64,000 bases of DNA. Source: an uncultured delta proteobacterium. GTDB lineage: Bacteria; Myxococcota_A; Polyangia; Fen-1088. Positions 18,464 to 28,190 of the stretch are shown piece after piece. The stretch lies in contig CAVWIP010000011.1 of assembly GCA_963755125.1 (NCBI GenBank), positions 96,001 to 160,000 on the forward strand, in the 5' to 3' direction. The notes below the pieces were generated by a model. It had not been told where the DNA came from. It saw only the letters and a program-made list of their open reading frames with translations, and searched no databases. Within the stretch, counting starts at the first letter, position 1; the number at the start of each line of letters is the position of its first letter. The translations under genes were made by a program, and so were the position numbers.

Positions 18464-18876
18464 AGGGCATCCTTTTCCTTTGCGTGGCCAACTCGGCCCG
18501 CAGCCAGATGGCCGAGGGGATTGCCCGAACATTGGCCCCGGCGGGAACCAAGGTATGGTCTGCTGGCTCGCGCCCCACCGGCGTTCGGGCCGAGGCGATC
18601 GCGGTGCTCAAGGAAATCGGCATAGACATCTCTGAACAGCGGGCGAAGGCAGTCGCGGAGATCCCGGCGGCCGAGGTCGACACGGTCATCACCCTGTGCG
18701 GCGAGGAGGAGTGCCCAGTGTTTCTCGGAAAGGCCACGCGACTGCATTGGGGCTTGCCTGATCCTGCGGCGGCGAAGGGATCGGAAGCGGAGCGCCTGGA
18801 CGCCTTTCGCAAGGTGCGCGACGAACTGCGCCGGCGGATCGCTGACCTCCTTGCGCAATTTGCATCGAGCAGGTGA
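18460..18876 (+). CDS. arsC: Arsenate reductase, LMW-PTP type
   Basis: [32 protein letters not shown]. Confidence 0.93.
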   Translation: MKGILFLCVANSARSQMAEGIARTLAPAGTKVWSAGSRPTGVRAEAIAVLKEIGIDISEQRAKAVAEIPAAEVDTVITLCGEEECPVFLGKATRLHWGLPDPAAAKGSEAERLDAFRKVRDELRRRIADLLAQFASSR

Positions 18877-18974
18877 TGATGGTCCTTGGATTGCAGCACC
18901 GATTGCCTCTCCCCTGCAGCCACGATGCAGGGGCTCATCGCCCTGCTCCTTGCCAAGAACGAATACGCCCCACT

Positions 18975-19790
18975 ATGAGTACCGCTCGTCATCTGCTCGC
19001 GCTGGCTTGTGTGCTTGTCACTGTCGCATGCTCGAGCCGGACTAGAAACAGCGCCGCGTCCCACGTTGGCGGCGCACACGCCGCCGCCGCAACGGCTGCG
19101 CCAACCACTGATGAAGCCGCCGTCTCAAATGGACAGATGGTGGCAGCGCACGATCCATCCCACCCGCCCATCGACTGTCCCCTGCGCAAGCAGGGCCTCG
19201 ACTCGGCCCAACTGCGGCCATTCAAAGACACCGCACGCTACATAGCGTTTCTCGAACGCCCTGACCGGGCTGCCTGGCAGAAGCCCGATGCAGTGGTGGC
19301 GGCTCTGGGGCTGACCGGCAAGGAGATCATCGTCGATATCGGAGCCGGCTCTGGCTATTTTTCTTTCCGACTTGCGCGAGCCGTGCCGCAAGGAAAGGTG
19401 ATCGCGCTGGACGTGGAGCCCGAGATGATCCGCCACGTCCACCACAAGGCGATGACCGAGGGTGTGCGCAATGTGCAGGTGGCCTTCGCCAAACCCGACG
19501 ATCCCGGCGTCCCTTTGGAGGCTGACCTCGTCTTCATGTGCGACGTGCTTCACCACATCCAGGATCGCCCAGCATGGCTGGCCAAGCTCGCCAAGGAGAT
19601 GCACACGGGAGCCCGGCTTGCGCTGGTCGAGTTCAAAGAAGGCGAGCTGCCCGAGGGTCCGCCGGAGGCGGTGAAGCTATCGCGGGCACAACTCGTGACT
19701 CTGGTCACCGGCGCCGGCCTCGCACTCGACAGCGAAAAGCCGGATCTGCTCCCGTACCAGACCTTTCTCGTCTTCCGCAAAGCGCGCTGA
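18975..19790 (+). CDS. Class I SAM methyltransferase with lipoprotein-like N-terminus
   Basis: VTVAC lipobox; RAAWQKPD, DIGAGSGYF, DVLHH. Confidence 0.85.
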   Translation: MSTARHLLALACVLVTVACSSRTRNSAASHVGGAHAAAATAAPTTDEAAVSNGQMVAAHDPSHPPIDCPLRKQGLDSAQLRPFKDTARYIAFLERPDRAAWQKPDAVVAALGLTGKEIIVDIGAGSGYFSFRLARAVPQGKVIALDVEPEMIRHVHHKAMTEGVRNVQVAFAKPDDPGVPLEADLVFMCDVLHHIQDRPAWLAKLAKEMHTGARLALVEFKEGELPEGPPEAVKLSRAQLVTLVTGAGLALDSEKPDLLPYQTFLVFRKAR

Positions 19791-19953
19791 GGGTGCCCTG
19801 GAAAGCGGACTTGACCGACGCCGTGCTATCCGAGAAATCATCGCCTCACATGGTGCCCGTCGGCAAGGTTGCGTTTATCAGGGACCGCTGTCCTAGGATC
19901 GGGAGAGAGCCATCGGTCTGACCCGCCTCCTATTTCAGTTGTAACGAACACCT

Positions 19954-20730
19954 TCATTGCAAAGAAGGGCCAGCGGCCGTGCCCAGGACGGTCGGTAAGG
20001 AAAACAGTCTGCGGGCGAATGACGTGGGCGGGGCTTTGCGCACGTCGCCCAGCAAACCGCAAGCGACCACCTGACCCTTTTCAAGCACCGCCACGCGGCT
20101 GGCAAGGGCTTCGACATCGGTGGCGTCGTGGGTGACGAGAATGGTGGGCAAGCCGAGGGAACGAATGGACTCGGCCAGGAACGCGCGCACCTCGACGCGG
20201 GCCTCGACATCTAGCGAAGCCGTGGGCTCATCGAGCAGCAGCGCCTTGGGAGAGGAAGCCAGTGCCCGCGCGAGTGCGACCCGCTGCCGTTCACCGCCGG
20301 AAAGCTGCGATGGATTCCGCCCGGCCAGATTGCCGATTGCGAAACGCTCTAGCCACGTCATGGCCTCGTCGCGCCGTTGCTTTGCGCTGGCCCGCTGCGA
20401 ACGACACGCGAGCGCGAAGGCGACGTTATCGATGGCGGTGAGATGGGGAAACAGTCCAAAGTCCTGTGGCAGGTAGGCAAGGTGGCGATCTTCAGTGGGA
20501 AGATCGATGGCCAGAGCCGCATCGAAGAGAACCTCGTCGGACAGCACGATGCGGCCGCGCTCAGGCCTGCGCAGACCCAGGACGGTCAGCAGCAAGCTGG
20601 TCTTGCCCGACCCGTTCGGCCCGACCAGGGCCAGCAGCTCGGCACTAACCTCCAGTGAGGCTTGCAGCGAGAATGCTCCCAGTGTGGCTTGCACGGCGAT
20701 GGAGAGTCGAGGAACGGGATTTCCCGTCAT
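19954..20730 (-). CDS. modC: Molybdate ABC transporter ATP-binding subunit
   Basis: GPNGSGKT, LSGGERQR, LLLDEP; operon with modAB. Confidence 0.9.
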   Translation of the reverse strand: MTGNPVPRLSIAVQATLGAFSLQASLEVSAELLALVGPNGSGKTSLLLTVLGLRRPERGRIVLSDEVLFDAALAIDLPTEDRHLAYLPQDFGLFPHLTAIDNVAFALACRSQRASAKQRRDEAMTWLERFAIGNLAGRNPSQLSGGERQRVALARALASSPKALLLDEPTASLDVEARVEVRAFLAESIRSLGLPTILVTHDATDVEALASRVAVLEKGQVVACGLLGDVRKAPPTSFARRLFSLPTVLGTAAGPSLQ

Positions 20731-21560
20731 GGCGTCGCCGCCCCACGCGCGGCTTCAAATCCGCGATTGAATCGCCGCAAGACGAGCAAGAGAGCAAAGG
20801 CGAACACGACCAACAAGAGCGACAAAGCCTGCGCGGTATGGATGTCGAGTTCCAGAGCGGTGTAAATCGCGAGCGGCAGGGTCTGCGTCTTTCCCGTCAT
20901 GTTCCCCGCGAACATCAACGTGGCACCAAATTCCCCCAGCGCGCGTGCCCAGCTCATGGCCGCCCCACCGATCAGCCAGGGGCGGGCGAGCGGTAGCGCC
21001 ACTCGAAAAAACAGGCGCGGCGGCGAGGCGCCCAGGCTTCGCGCCACGGCCAGCAAATTGGGATCCAACCGGCCAAAGGCCTGCACCGCGGCCTGCAGGA
21101 AGAACGGTGCCGAAACAAAGACCTGCGCCATGATCACTGCGACCACGCTGAAAGCAGGCGTCCAGCCCAGGCGTTCGAGGATTCCACCGAAGAGTCCGCG
21201 TCGCCCGAAGGCGAGGAGCAGCGCAATGCCGCCCACTGCGGGCGGAATCACCACGGGAAGCTGCAACAGGATCTCCAGCCAGCGCGCCGAACGCCAGCGC
21301 GAACGCGCCAGCCACCAGGCGAGAGGTGTGCCACCCACGACCACCAACACAACCGAGATCAGAGTCGTTCCAAGGCTCAGGCGCAGCGCGGGCCAGGTCA
21401 AGGAACAGCCGAGACCACGCCAGATGGTTTCGGGCCCACCGTCGAGAACCAGGGCCACGAAGGGCAGTACGATGAAGAGCAACAAGAGGCCGCCCATGCC
21501 CAGCATGACCGCGCTGTACAGGCGACGACTTCTCGCCCGAGACAGAACCGTTTGGCTCAC
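20727..21560 (-). CDS. modB: Molybdate ABC transporter permease
   Basis: LPVVIPPAVGG, WARALGEFGAT, TQTLPLAIY. Confidence 0.95.
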   Translation of the reverse strand: MSQTVLSRARSRRLYSAVMLGMGGLLLLFIVLPFVALVLDGGPETIWRGLGCSLTWPALRLSLGTTLISVVLVVVGGTPLAWWLARSRWRSARWLEILLQLPVVIPPAVGGIALLLAFGRRGLFGGILERLGWTPAFSVVAVIMAQVFVSAPFFLQAAVQAFGRLDPNLLAVARSLGASPPRLFFRVALPLARPWLIGGAAMSWARALGEFGATLMFAGNMTGKTQTLPLAIYTALELDIHTAQALSLLLVVFAFALLLVLRRFNRGFEAARGAATP

Positions 21561-22360
21561 TTCTTCCCTTGTTGCTCGACCTGGTTGAAGCCGGCCTCGA
21601 CCAACGCCTCTTGCCCTTCCTTGGACAGGACAAGTTTCACAAATGCGCGCGCCAGATCGGGATGAGGCGCGGCCTTCAAGACAGCGATCGGGTACTCGGC
21701 CACGATGTTGATCTGCTTGGGAATCTCGATGATCTGGACCTTGTCGGGCATGGTCAACGCGTCGGTCTTGTACACGATACCGGCGTCGGCTTCACCCAAC
21801 GCAACCTTGGTCAATACCTGCCGCACGTTCAGCTCGCGCGAGCGCACTCGCGCAAGGATCTGTTCGTGGAGGGACTTGCCGTAGAGCTTCTCAGACGCCG
21901 CAAAGATGGCCTCGGTGTAGGCCCCGATCGGCACCTCGGCCGCACCCACCACCAGGTGTGTGGTCTTGGGCAGATCCGCGAAGCTGCGCAATTTGGCCGG
22001 GTTGTTCTTGGGCACGACCACGACTGGCAGATTGCGAGCGAAGACCACTGGCTCGACAACCACCTCTCTATCTGCCAGCAGCTTCATGTGCTTCCAGTCT
22101 GCCGAGGCAAACACGTCGACCTTGGCACCCTGTTCAATCTGCACGCGCAAATCCTGGCTGCCTGCGAAGTTGAAACGAACCTTCGAGTTTGGGTGGCGCT
22201 TCCCGAAAGTCAGCGCGACGTTCTGCAAAACCTCGTGCAGCGACGCGGCCGCATACACCACGACCTCCTGCGCCTCGCCGTCACTCGCCCGAATTGTAGA
22301 AAGTGGCGCAATCGAACAGGCGCCAACCAGGGCTATGACAGCGAATTCGCGACGATTCAT
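21557..22360 (-). CDS. modA: Molybdate ABC transporter substrate-binding protein
   Basis: AAASL, NFAGS, VFASAD, VPIG, DAGIVYKTD. Confidence 0.95.
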   Translation of the reverse strand: MNRREFAVIALVGACSIAPLSTIRASDGEAQEVVVYAAASLHEVLQNVALTFGKRHPNSKVRFNFAGSQDLRVQIEQGAKVDVFASADWKHMKLLADREVVVEPVVFARNLPVVVVPKNNPAKLRSFADLPKTTHLVVGAAEVPIGAYTEAIFAASEKLYGKSLHEQILARVRSRELNVRQVLTKVALGEADAGIVYKTDALTMPDKVQIIEIPKQINIVAEYPIAVLKAAPHPDLARAFVKLVLSKEGQEALVEAGFNQVEQQGKK

Positions 22361-22366
22361 GCACAC

Positions 22367-22636
22367 CTACTTGGTCTTTGATTGAAGCACTTGGAGGAAC
22401 TGCGTTGCCACTGAAGCTGCCGAAGCCTGGTCGGCATACCCGGTCAATTGCACTTCGAAATACGACGCATTGAAATGGGCGTAAGCAGTGATGCCGCCCA
22501 GTACCGAAACCCCGATCGCGGCCGACACATCAAACTGCGGAATCGGAACAGCGGCCGAATTGAGTCCCTGCTCATACGTGAACATCGACGTGGCGTTGGC
22601 AGCTGTGCCGAAGTCCATGATGCTATCCAAAGTATT
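22367..22636 (-). pseudogene. Probable C-terminal remnant of an unrelated protein abutting modA
   Basis: Protein-like stretch ...IMDFGTAANATSMF...YFEVQLTGYADQ...KTK*, visibly AT-richer; upstream frame runs antisense into the regulator and has no convincing start. Confidence 0.45.
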
Positions 22637-22678
22637 TGACGTTCCGGCCTTGCGCAAGCATATTTGACGTGATGTCAA
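22633..22678. promoter_or_regulatory. Putative operator of the XRE-PBP regulator / mod promoter
   Basis: Direct repeat TATTTGACGT at 22633 and 22661; palindromes CTTGCGCAAG (22649-22658) and TTGAC-N5-GTCAA (22664-22678). Confidence 0.5.
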
Positions 22679-23853
22679 GCAAACCTGACACGGCGAAAAC
22701 GGGCAAGTCGCCCACGATTCGCAGCTCGCTGAAGGAGTTTCGCCTGGCTCGCGGGCTGAGCCAGCTTGAGCTGGCGAGCAAGATCGGCCTGTCGCGGCAG
22801 AGCCTGTGCGCGTTGGAGGGCGGCCATGTGGTCCCAGGGACGGACGTCGCACTCCGCCTCGCCCTGGTTCTCGGCTGTCGGATCGAGTCCTTGTTTTGTC
22901 TCAACCTTCCGCCGACTTCGCTGCAGGCGACTATCGCGGCCGCGCCCTCGGCGCTCGAGTCAAGCGGCCCACGTGTCTCACTGGCTGAGATCGACGGGCG
23001 GTGGGTCGCGCATCCCATCGATCCGCGGCGCAGCGAGTCCCTTTTCCGTGCTGCCGATGGCCTGGTGGTTCCTTGGCCGCGGCCGCGCGGCAGCGCACGA
23101 ACAGTTTGCATCGAGCCGCTGGGAGACATTGAGACTGTCCGCCGGCGGCTGGTGGTCATGGGCTGTGCGCCAGCGCTGGGGATGCTCGCCGCAAGGCTCG
23201 GTCAGGAGCCGGCAGGGATCCATATCTCGTGGGTGCAGGGCTCGAGCATGGCGGCGCTCGATGCTCTCGCGAGAGGCGAGGTACACATCGCCGGCCTTCA
23301 CCTGTGCGACGAGGCGACCCATGAATTCAACGTCCCGTTCGTTCGACGCGCGCTTCCAGGCCGCGCGATGCTTTTCGTCAACTTCGCCTCGTGGGAGCAG
23401 GGAATCGTCGTTCGTGCTGGCAATCCGCTCGGGGTCCGGGGCGCGGAAGATCTCGTGAATCCAAGAATCCGTCTGGTCCAGCGTGAGCCAGGTGCGGGAG
23501 CGCACAAGCTGCTCGAACAAGCGCTCAGAGCCAAGCGGGTGCCATTGGGGACTGTGCGCGGTCGGGGAGGCGTGGCCCTCGGACATATGGAAGTCGCTCA
23601 GGCGATCGCCATGGGCGCAGCCGACGCGGGAATCGCTATTCGGGGCGCTGCGGCTGCCTTCGGGCTGGGATTCGTTCCGCTCGCGGTGGAGCGTTTCGAT
23701 CTGGTGATTCCTCGTGTACTGGCAACCGATCCGAGGGTCGAGCGTCTAGTGGACGCGCTGGGGAGCACGACCTTCCGGCGCGAACTGGACACCGTGGGCG
23801 GGTACATCACGCACGAGTCAGGGCAGCAGGTCGGTGAGACCCGCGCCCGTTGA
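22672..23853 (+). CDS. XRE HTH + periplasmic-binding-protein-like (molybdate-responsive) regulator
   Basis: LSQLELA..IGLSRQSL HTH; GSSMAAL, HIAGLHL, QREPGAGA, ERFDLVI; divergent from modABC. Confidence 0.88.
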   Translation: MSSKPDTAKTGKSPTIRSSLKEFRLARGLSQLELASKIGLSRQSLCALEGGHVVPGTDVALRLALVLGCRIESLFCLNLPPTSLQATIAAAPSALESSGPRVSLAEIDGRWVAHPIDPRRSESLFRAADGLVVPWPRPRGSARTVCIEPLGDIETVRRRLVVMGCAPALGMLAARLGQEPAGIHISWVQGSSMAALDALARGEVHIAGLHLCDEATHEFNVPFVRRALPGRAMLFVNFASWEQGIVVRAGNPLGVRGAEDLVNPRIRLVQREPGAGAHKLLEQALRAKRVPLGTVRGRGGVALGHMEVAQAIAMGAADAGIAIRGAAAAFGLGFVPLAVERFDLVIPRVLATDPRVERLVDALGSTTFRRELDTVGGYITHESGQQVGETRAR

Positions 23854-23968
23854 AGGGCCGCCGCGGACGCCACCACAGAAATGGTCACCGGCAGCTACGC
23901 CCCAACATCCAATGCTGATAGGAGTAGGGGCAGAGTCGACAACCACTTGCAGGAGAGGGGAGCTCAGC

Positions 23969-24172
23969 ATGAACCTCAGCGCGCGAAATCAGCTCAAGGG
24001 GACCATCAAGAGCATCAAGAAGGGAGACCTCATGGCCGAGGTGGTCGTCGAGATTAGCGGTCAGGATCTCGTGTCGGTCATCACCGCAAGCTCGGCGGAC
24101 CGTCTGGGCCTCAAGACGGGCGATGCGATCGCCGCGGTCATCAAGGCCACCGAAGTGATGATCGCGAAGTAG
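23969..24172 (+). CDS. Molbindin (Mop/TOBE) protein
   Basis: MNLSARNQLKG...IKATEVM. Confidence 0.93.
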   Translation: MNLSARNQLKGTIKSIKKGDLMAEVVVEISGQDLVSVITASSADRLGLKTGDAIAAVIKATEVMIAK

Positions 24173-24285
24173 CCCGCCGGGCGAGCGCCAGCGTTTCGCG
24201 AAACAGCAGATCCTCGGTTTGCCTCCGGCGGGATGAGCGGAGCCGCAGCCCGAGAGGTTTCGATGTACTATCTCTCGCTCCATTC

Positions 24286-25896
24286 ATGAGCACCGATCTC
24301 TCCCAACTTGGCACCTGGAATCCCGGCGGGGAGCCGGCGTGTTTCGACGAAGGCGCGCTGGCTGCCGCCGTAGCGCGCGTGCGCGAGCCTGCGCATGTCG
24401 TGCGCGAGGGATCGCGTGGCCGGCTGGGCGTGGGCTTTGGGGGGCGGGTTTCACCCGACGGCGTGGGCTATCCCCTGCTCGGCACTCTGCCGGGGCTCTA
24501 TCCCGAATGGCTCGGGGATCGTTCGTTCTGCGAAACCCATGGCGTGCGCTTCCCCTACGTGGTGGGCGAGATGGCGCGCGGGATCACCACCGCGCGCATG
24601 GTGATCGCCATGGCGCGCGCGGGAATGATGGGGTTTTTCGGCGCGGGCGGGCTTGCCCCGGCCCAGGTGGGCAAGGCTCTCGATGAGATCGAGGCCGCGC
24701 TTGGCAAGGACGGGCCAGCCTGGGGCGCCAACCTGATCCATTCGCCGCACAGCCCTGATCTGGAAAACGTGATCGCCGATCTCTATCTTTCCCACGGCGT
24801 CCGTCGCCTCTGCGTCTCGGCTTTCATGGGACTGACGCCCGCGGTGGTTCTGTGTGCGGCCAGGGGACTGCACCGCGATCCCCAGGGTCGCATCCAGCGC
24901 CGCCAGCACATCTTCGCCAAGCTGTCGCGGCCCGAGGTGGCCGAGCCGTTCATGAGCCCAGCGCCGCCCGCGCTGCTGGACCCTCTCGTACGCGCGGGCA
25001 AGCTCACCACCGAGGAAGCCACCCTGGCCGCGCATGTCCCGGTGGCTGAAGACATCACGGCCGAGGCCGATTCGGGCGGGCACACCGACAACCGGCCGCT
25101 CGCGGCTTTGCTCCCGGTGCTGCTCACCCTGCGCGATCGGTTACGGCAGCAGCATCGCTACCCTCGCCCCATCCGCGTGGGCGCGGCTGGCGGTTTGGGC
25201 ACGCCCGCCGCAGTGGCCGCGGCCTTTTCTCTCGGCGCCGCCTATGTGGTCACTGGCTCGGTCAACCAGGCCGCGGTCGAGTCGGGCCTGGCCGAGGATG
25301 GAAAGCGCATGCTCGCGGAAGCGGGCCTGGCCGACGTGATGATGGCCCCTTGCGCGGACATGTTCGAGCTGGGGGTCAGGGTGCAGGTCCTGCGCCGCGG
25401 AACCATGTACGGCGGCCGCGCGCAGCGCTTGTACGATCTCTATCGTTCCTACGACAGCCTGGAGGCGCTGCCGGCAGAAATGCGCCAGCGTATGGAGAGC
25501 GAGATTCTGGGCGCGAGTTGCGACGAGGTTTGGTCCGAGGTGCGGCACTTCTTCGAGACGCGCGACCCGCGCGAACTGGAGCGAGCGCAGCGCGAACCCA
25601 AGCACCGCATGGCCCTGGTGTTTCGCTGGTACCTGGGCATGGCCAGCAAGTGGCCGGTGGTGGGCGAGTCGCGCCGGCGGCTCGACTACCAGATCTGGTG
25701 CGGCCCGGCCATGGGCGCGTTCAACGATTGGGTGCGCGGATCATTTCTGGAGGCGCAAGCGAATCGCAGCGTGGTGCAGATCGCGCTCAATCTCCTGGAA
25801 GGCGCGGCGGTCATCACGCGCGCCCAGCAACTGCGCACGATTGGCGTTGCGATGCCGGCCGCGGCGTTCAGCTTCACGCCCCGATTGCTGGGTTGA
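24286..25896 (+). CDS. pfaD: PfaD-family FMN enoyl reductase (PUFA/polyketide)
   Basis: GEMARGI, NLIHSP, EADSGGHTDNRP, GAAGG, ADMFELG, DYQIWCGPAMGAFN. Confidence 0.93.
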   Translation: MSTDLSQLGTWNPGGEPACFDEGALAAAVARVREPAHVVREGSRGRLGVGFGGRVSPDGVGYPLLGTLPGLYPEWLGDRSFCETHGVRFPYVVGEMARGITTARMVIAMARAGMMGFFGAGGLAPAQVGKALDEIEAALGKDGPAWGANLIHSPHSPDLENVIADLYLSHGVRRLCVSAFMGLTPAVVLCAARGLHRDPQGRIQRRQHIFAKLSRPEVAEPFMSPAPPALLDPLVRAGKLTTEEATLAAHVPVAEDITAEADSGGHTDNRPLAALLPVLLTLRDRLRQQHRYPRPIRVGAAGGLGTPAAVAAAFSLGAAYVVTGSVNQAAVESGLAEDGKRMLAEAGLADVMMAPCADMFELGVRVQVLRRGTMYGGRAQRLYDLYRSYDSLEALPAEMRQRMESEILGASCDEVWSEVRHFFETRDPRELERAQREPKHRMALVFRWYLGMASKWPVVGESRRRLDYQIWCGPAMGAFNDWVRGSFLEAQANRSVVQIALNLLEGAAVITRAQQLRTIGVAMPAAAFSFTPRLLG

Positions 25897-25909
25897 CCAC
25901 CGCTGTTTC

Positions 25910-26578
25910 ATGACACCGCCGACGCGCATCGTGCACAACGCCGACGCCATCGCGTGGCTACAGGCACAGGGCAAGCTGGCGGGCGCGAGCGTGATAACGT
26001 CGCTGCCAGATGTTTCAGAGCTGCCGCGCCTGGGGTTGGACGGCTGGCGGTGCTGGTTTGAAGACGCGGCTGTCCTGGTGATGACGTGTACGCCAGACGA
26101 AGGCGCAGCCATCTTCTTCCAGAGCGACATCAAGCGCGGCGGTTTGTGGCTCGACAAAGGAGCCCTGGTCAGCCGTGCCGCCGAGCGCGCGGGCATGAGC
26201 CAGCTGTTTCACAAGATCGTCTGTCGCAAGCCGCCCGGCACTTCCAGCTTCGGCCGGGCGACCTACGCGCACATGCTGGGCTTTGCCCGTGGACTACCCT
26301 GCGGCCAGAGACAGGCGCGCATCGACGTGTTGCCCGACGGAGGTTTTCAGCCCGGCCCGAAGTCGATGGGCGTCCACGCTTGTCTCGACGCCTGCCGCTT
26401 CGTCCAGGCCGAGACCACCACGCGCACTGTGGTCGATCCCTTCTGCGGCTGGGGCACAGTCCTGGCCGTGGCCAATGCCCTGGGCCTAGACGCCGTGGGC
26501 GTGGACATCGCGCCGCGCATGTGCGGCCGGGCGCGCAAGTTGCGGCTCGAACTGGAGACCGGTCAAATGACTTCGTGA
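25910..26578 (+). CDS. SAM-dependent methyltransferase, DNA-methylase-like fold
   Basis: ITSLPD in the TSPPY position; VVDPFCGWGT. Confidence 0.75.
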   Translation: MTPPTRIVHNADAIAWLQAQGKLAGASVITSLPDVSELPRLGLDGWRCWFEDAAVLVMTCTPDEGAAIFFQSDIKRGGLWLDKGALVSRAAERAGMSQLFHKIVCRKPPGTSSFGRATYAHMLGFARGLPCGQRQARIDVLPDGGFQPGPKSMGVHACLDACRFVQAETTTRTVVDPFCGWGTVLAVANALGLDAVGVDIAPRMCGRARKLRLELETGQMTS

Positions 26579-27997
26579 CCGCCCAACCTTGACGAACCCA
26601 GTTGCGGTATCACAAGCAAATGCACTCGGGCCTACGGTGAGGGTGGGTGGTCTCGAACGCGTTCCCGTTTTGTACCCGACGATGCGATTCCTGCCGGCGA
26701 CGAAACGGATCGCCTATTCCGATGGGGCTGCAAGACTTATCGCGACCTATTCAGCAGCCGGCAACTCCTGGGGTTGGAGTTCATCTGTCGGCAGGTCGCG
26801 ACGCAGACGGACTGTCGAATTCGCAAGGCGCTCGCCACCAATCTGTCGGATCTCCTTCGCTATCAGAACATGTTGTGCCGCTACGACACGATGGCGTTGA
26901 AGTCGCTCGACGTGTTCTCTGTTCACGGTTTCCCTATCGGATTTGTTCATGCCGAATCGAATCTCCTCGGCATCAGGGGCAGCGGAACCAGCACTGTCGT
27001 GGGTAGCGGGGGCTGGTTGAACATCACGGACAAGTACGGGAAGGCCAAGGCCTACTGTGAGAAACCCTTCGAGATCCGACACCGAGGGGCCGCTAAGGTG
27101 GTCGTCCCCATCCCCGGGGAGCACATCGGGTCAGCTCGCTCCCACGAACGTGGGGCTGCCATGCAGCGCAAGATTGCGCTCCACTGCGAAAATGCTGAGT
27201 CATGCAAACTGGGCGACGCAACTATCGACGCCGTGTTCACGGATCCGCCCTATCTGGGAAACGTCCAGTACGCGGAGCTGATGGACTTCTGCTACGTTTG
27301 GCTACGAAAGCTCGTAGGCCCGGAACACGCGGCTTTCAAGGGTGCGTCGACCAGGAACGAAAACGAGCTGACGGGAAACGCCAACATGGGACGCGGATTG
27401 GAGCAGTTCGCGACGGGTCTGTCCCGCATCTTTCGCCGCATGGGCAAGGCTCTGAAGCCCGGCGCTTCCCTTGCGTTCACGTTCCACCACAACTTCATCG
27501 AGGCGTATCACGCTGTTGCAGTGGCAGTTCTCGACTCCGGGCTCGCTTGCACGGCGAGCATCCCTTGCCCTGCGGAAATGGGCGCCTCGATTCACATTAG
27601 CGGAACCGGCTCCTCAATCGTCGACACGGTGTTGGTGTGCAGAAGCACTGGCACGGTGCCTCGACGGTCGATCTGTGATTCCCCAGAAAGTGTGGCGGAG
27701 TTGGTGCGGCGCGATCTCGACCTGCTCGTGCGTGGCCACGTGGAAGCGACCAAAGGCGACATTCGGTGCATAGCCGCAGGTCATCTAACCCGACTCGCCA
27801 TTTGGTTCAATCGCAAGACTTGGGATCGAACTTTGCCGGCTCGGGAACGTCTTTCGCGCGTGGCCGCGTGGATCGCAACTCTGGGGGGAATGGACGCAGT
27901 TACGCGGGCGCTTGAAAGCGACTACGCTGGCGCCGCGCATCTCCAGCGCCACCAGGCATGTGAACCAGAGGGCACCTATGCACAAGTATCCTTTTGA
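26579..27997 (+). pseudogene. 5'-truncated DUF1156/COG1743-like adenine DNA methylase
   Basis: Frame open from 26579: IPAGDETDRLFRWG...RQLLGL, TDPPYLGNVQYAELMDF, FTFHH; no N-terminal DPFxGxG SAM motif or Zn ribbon. Confidence 0.75.
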
Positions 27998-28067
27998 AGT
28001 TGGCTTCGACCGGATCCGATTGATCGACTGTACACATCTCAGAGATTTTCGATCGAGGCGGAAGTAG
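27978..28067 (+). pseudogene. Short coupled ORF, possible stub of the methylase's partner gene
   Basis: GAGGG RBS and ATG overlapping the methylase end; MHKYPFEVGF... stops after 29 aa. Confidence 0.35.
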
Positions 28068-28190
28068 GTCGCCAACGCCTTACGTGGAAGACGCCCGGCT
28101 GCTGCCATAGGCGCATGCAACCTGCCGCCAGCACGGGAGTCGTCATGGCCATGCGCGTTTGATGTAATATCGGTCCTCTCAACCCCCGCG

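Noticed and set aside
23854..23968. Moco/Wco riboswitch upstream of the TOBE gene
   Set aside because: No recognisable conserved structure by eye; an Rfam search would be needed
24173..24232. Terminator or REP hairpin (CCCGCCGG...CCGGCGGG)
   Set aside because: Long loop and no U-tract; may be chance in GC-rich DNA
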